Assembly: GCA_964016885.1 (NCBI GenBank) | Contig: OZ024741.1 | Coordinates: forward strand, 389,174,001-389,238,000 | Direction of reading: 5' to 3' | DNA length: 64,000 nucleotides | DNA from: Eledone cirrhosa | Lineage: Eukaryota | Shown here: positions 63,001 through 64,000 of the stretch, one piece after another | How the letters are laid out: each line of letters begins with the position of its first letter | How positions within the stretch are numbered: position 1 is the first letter of the stretch | Translations under genes and position numbers: made by a program | The notes under the pieces: model-generated | The model's database searches: none | The model's input: only the letters and a program-made list of their open reading frames with translations | What the model was told of the DNA's origin: nothing

Positions 63001-64000
63001 TATATAGACTAGACGAGGGCGACGGACAGACAGACAGACAGTGCTCTTATTATATAGACTAGACGAGGCTGACGGACAGACAGACAGTGCTCTTATTGTA
63101 TAGACTAGACGAGGCTGACGGACAGACAGACAGTGCTCTTATTATATAGACTAGACGAGGCCGACAGACAGACAGACAGTGCTCTTATTATATAGACTAG
63201 ACGAGGGCGACGGACAGACAGACAGTGCTCTTATTATATAGACTAGACGAGGCCGACGGACAGACAGACACTGCTCGTATTATATAGACTAGACGAGGCT
63301 GACGGACAGACAGACAGTGCTCTTATTATATAGACTAGACGAGGCTGACGGACAGACAGACAGTGCTCTTATTATATAGACTAGACGAGGCTGACGGACA
63401 GACAGACAGTGCTCTTATTATATAGACTAGACGAGGGCGACGGACAGACAGACAGTGCTCTTATTATATAGACTAGACGAGGCTGATGGACAGACAGACA
63501 CTGCTCGTATTATATAGACTAGACGAGGCTGACGGACAGACAGACAGTGCTCTTATTATATAGACTAGACGAGGCTGACGGACAGACAGACAGTTCTCTT
63601 ATTATATAGACTAGACGAGGGCGATGGACAGACAGACAGACAGTGCTCTTATTATATAGACTAGACGAGGCTGACGGACAGACAGACAGTGCTCTTATTA
63701 TATAGACTAGACGAGGGCGACGGACAGACAGACAGTGCTTTTATTATATAGACTAGACGAGGCTGACGGACAGACAGACAGTGCTCTTATTATATAGACT
63801 AGACGAGGGCGACGGACAGACAGACAGTGCTTTTATTATATAGACTAGACGAGGCTGACGGACAGACAGACAGTGCTCTTATTATATAGACTAGACGAGG
63901 CTGACGGACAGACAGACAGTGCTCTTATTATATAGACTAGACGAGGCTGAGGGACAGACAGACAGTGCTCTTATTATATAGACTAGACGAGGCTGACGGA
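57061..64000 (-). repeat. 46-bp satellite, ~150 units, continuing past the window end
   Basis: Seen directly; gggc/ggct/ggcc and ctct/cttt variants. Confidence 0.97.

Noticed and set aside
51820-64000. CRISPR array
   Set aside because: Units are contiguous with no unique spacers, there are no cas genes, and the context is eukaryotic.
57061-64000. Telomeric repeat
   Set aside because: No (TTAGGG)n-like tract; a subtelomeric or centromeric position cannot be judged from this window.

Overview
Repeat-dominated, AT-rich eukaryotic (metazoan) DNA. The SINE, RTE and microsatellite landscape resembles octopus/cephalopod genomes (inference, not verified). No intact host gene is evident, only 2-3 weak candidate exons. 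Most ORFs in the supplied track are microsatellite artefacts or broken retrotransposon frames. Contents: several RTE-clade LINEs (three near full length, with a PHD-like Cys-rich insert), a CR1/L2-group LINE with a twin-priming-type 5' inversion, two Penelope-like (GIY-YIG) fragments, and a cluster of R4/Dong-like RLE elements that end at (CATA)n. Also a CRE-like fragment, a deleted Ty3/Gypsy element, tRNA-type SINEs and piggyBac-like MITEs. Best second-look items: (1) the ~12 kb 46-bp satellite at the right end reads on the minus strand as head-to-tail mini-Helitrons (5'-TC...CTAG-3') and matches the 5' end of a 1.45-kb non-autonomous Helitron embedded in the array; (2) type I hammerhead ribozyme motifs, including U3-A8 and C4 core variants, in Penelope-type termini and long inverted repeats; (3) an 86-bp tandem array whose unit folds into a 17-bp hairpin with an apparent compensatory change; (4) a side-by-side LINE and non-coding partner sharing a 3' stem-loop tail. 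All coordinates were read by eye, so element boundaries are approximate.
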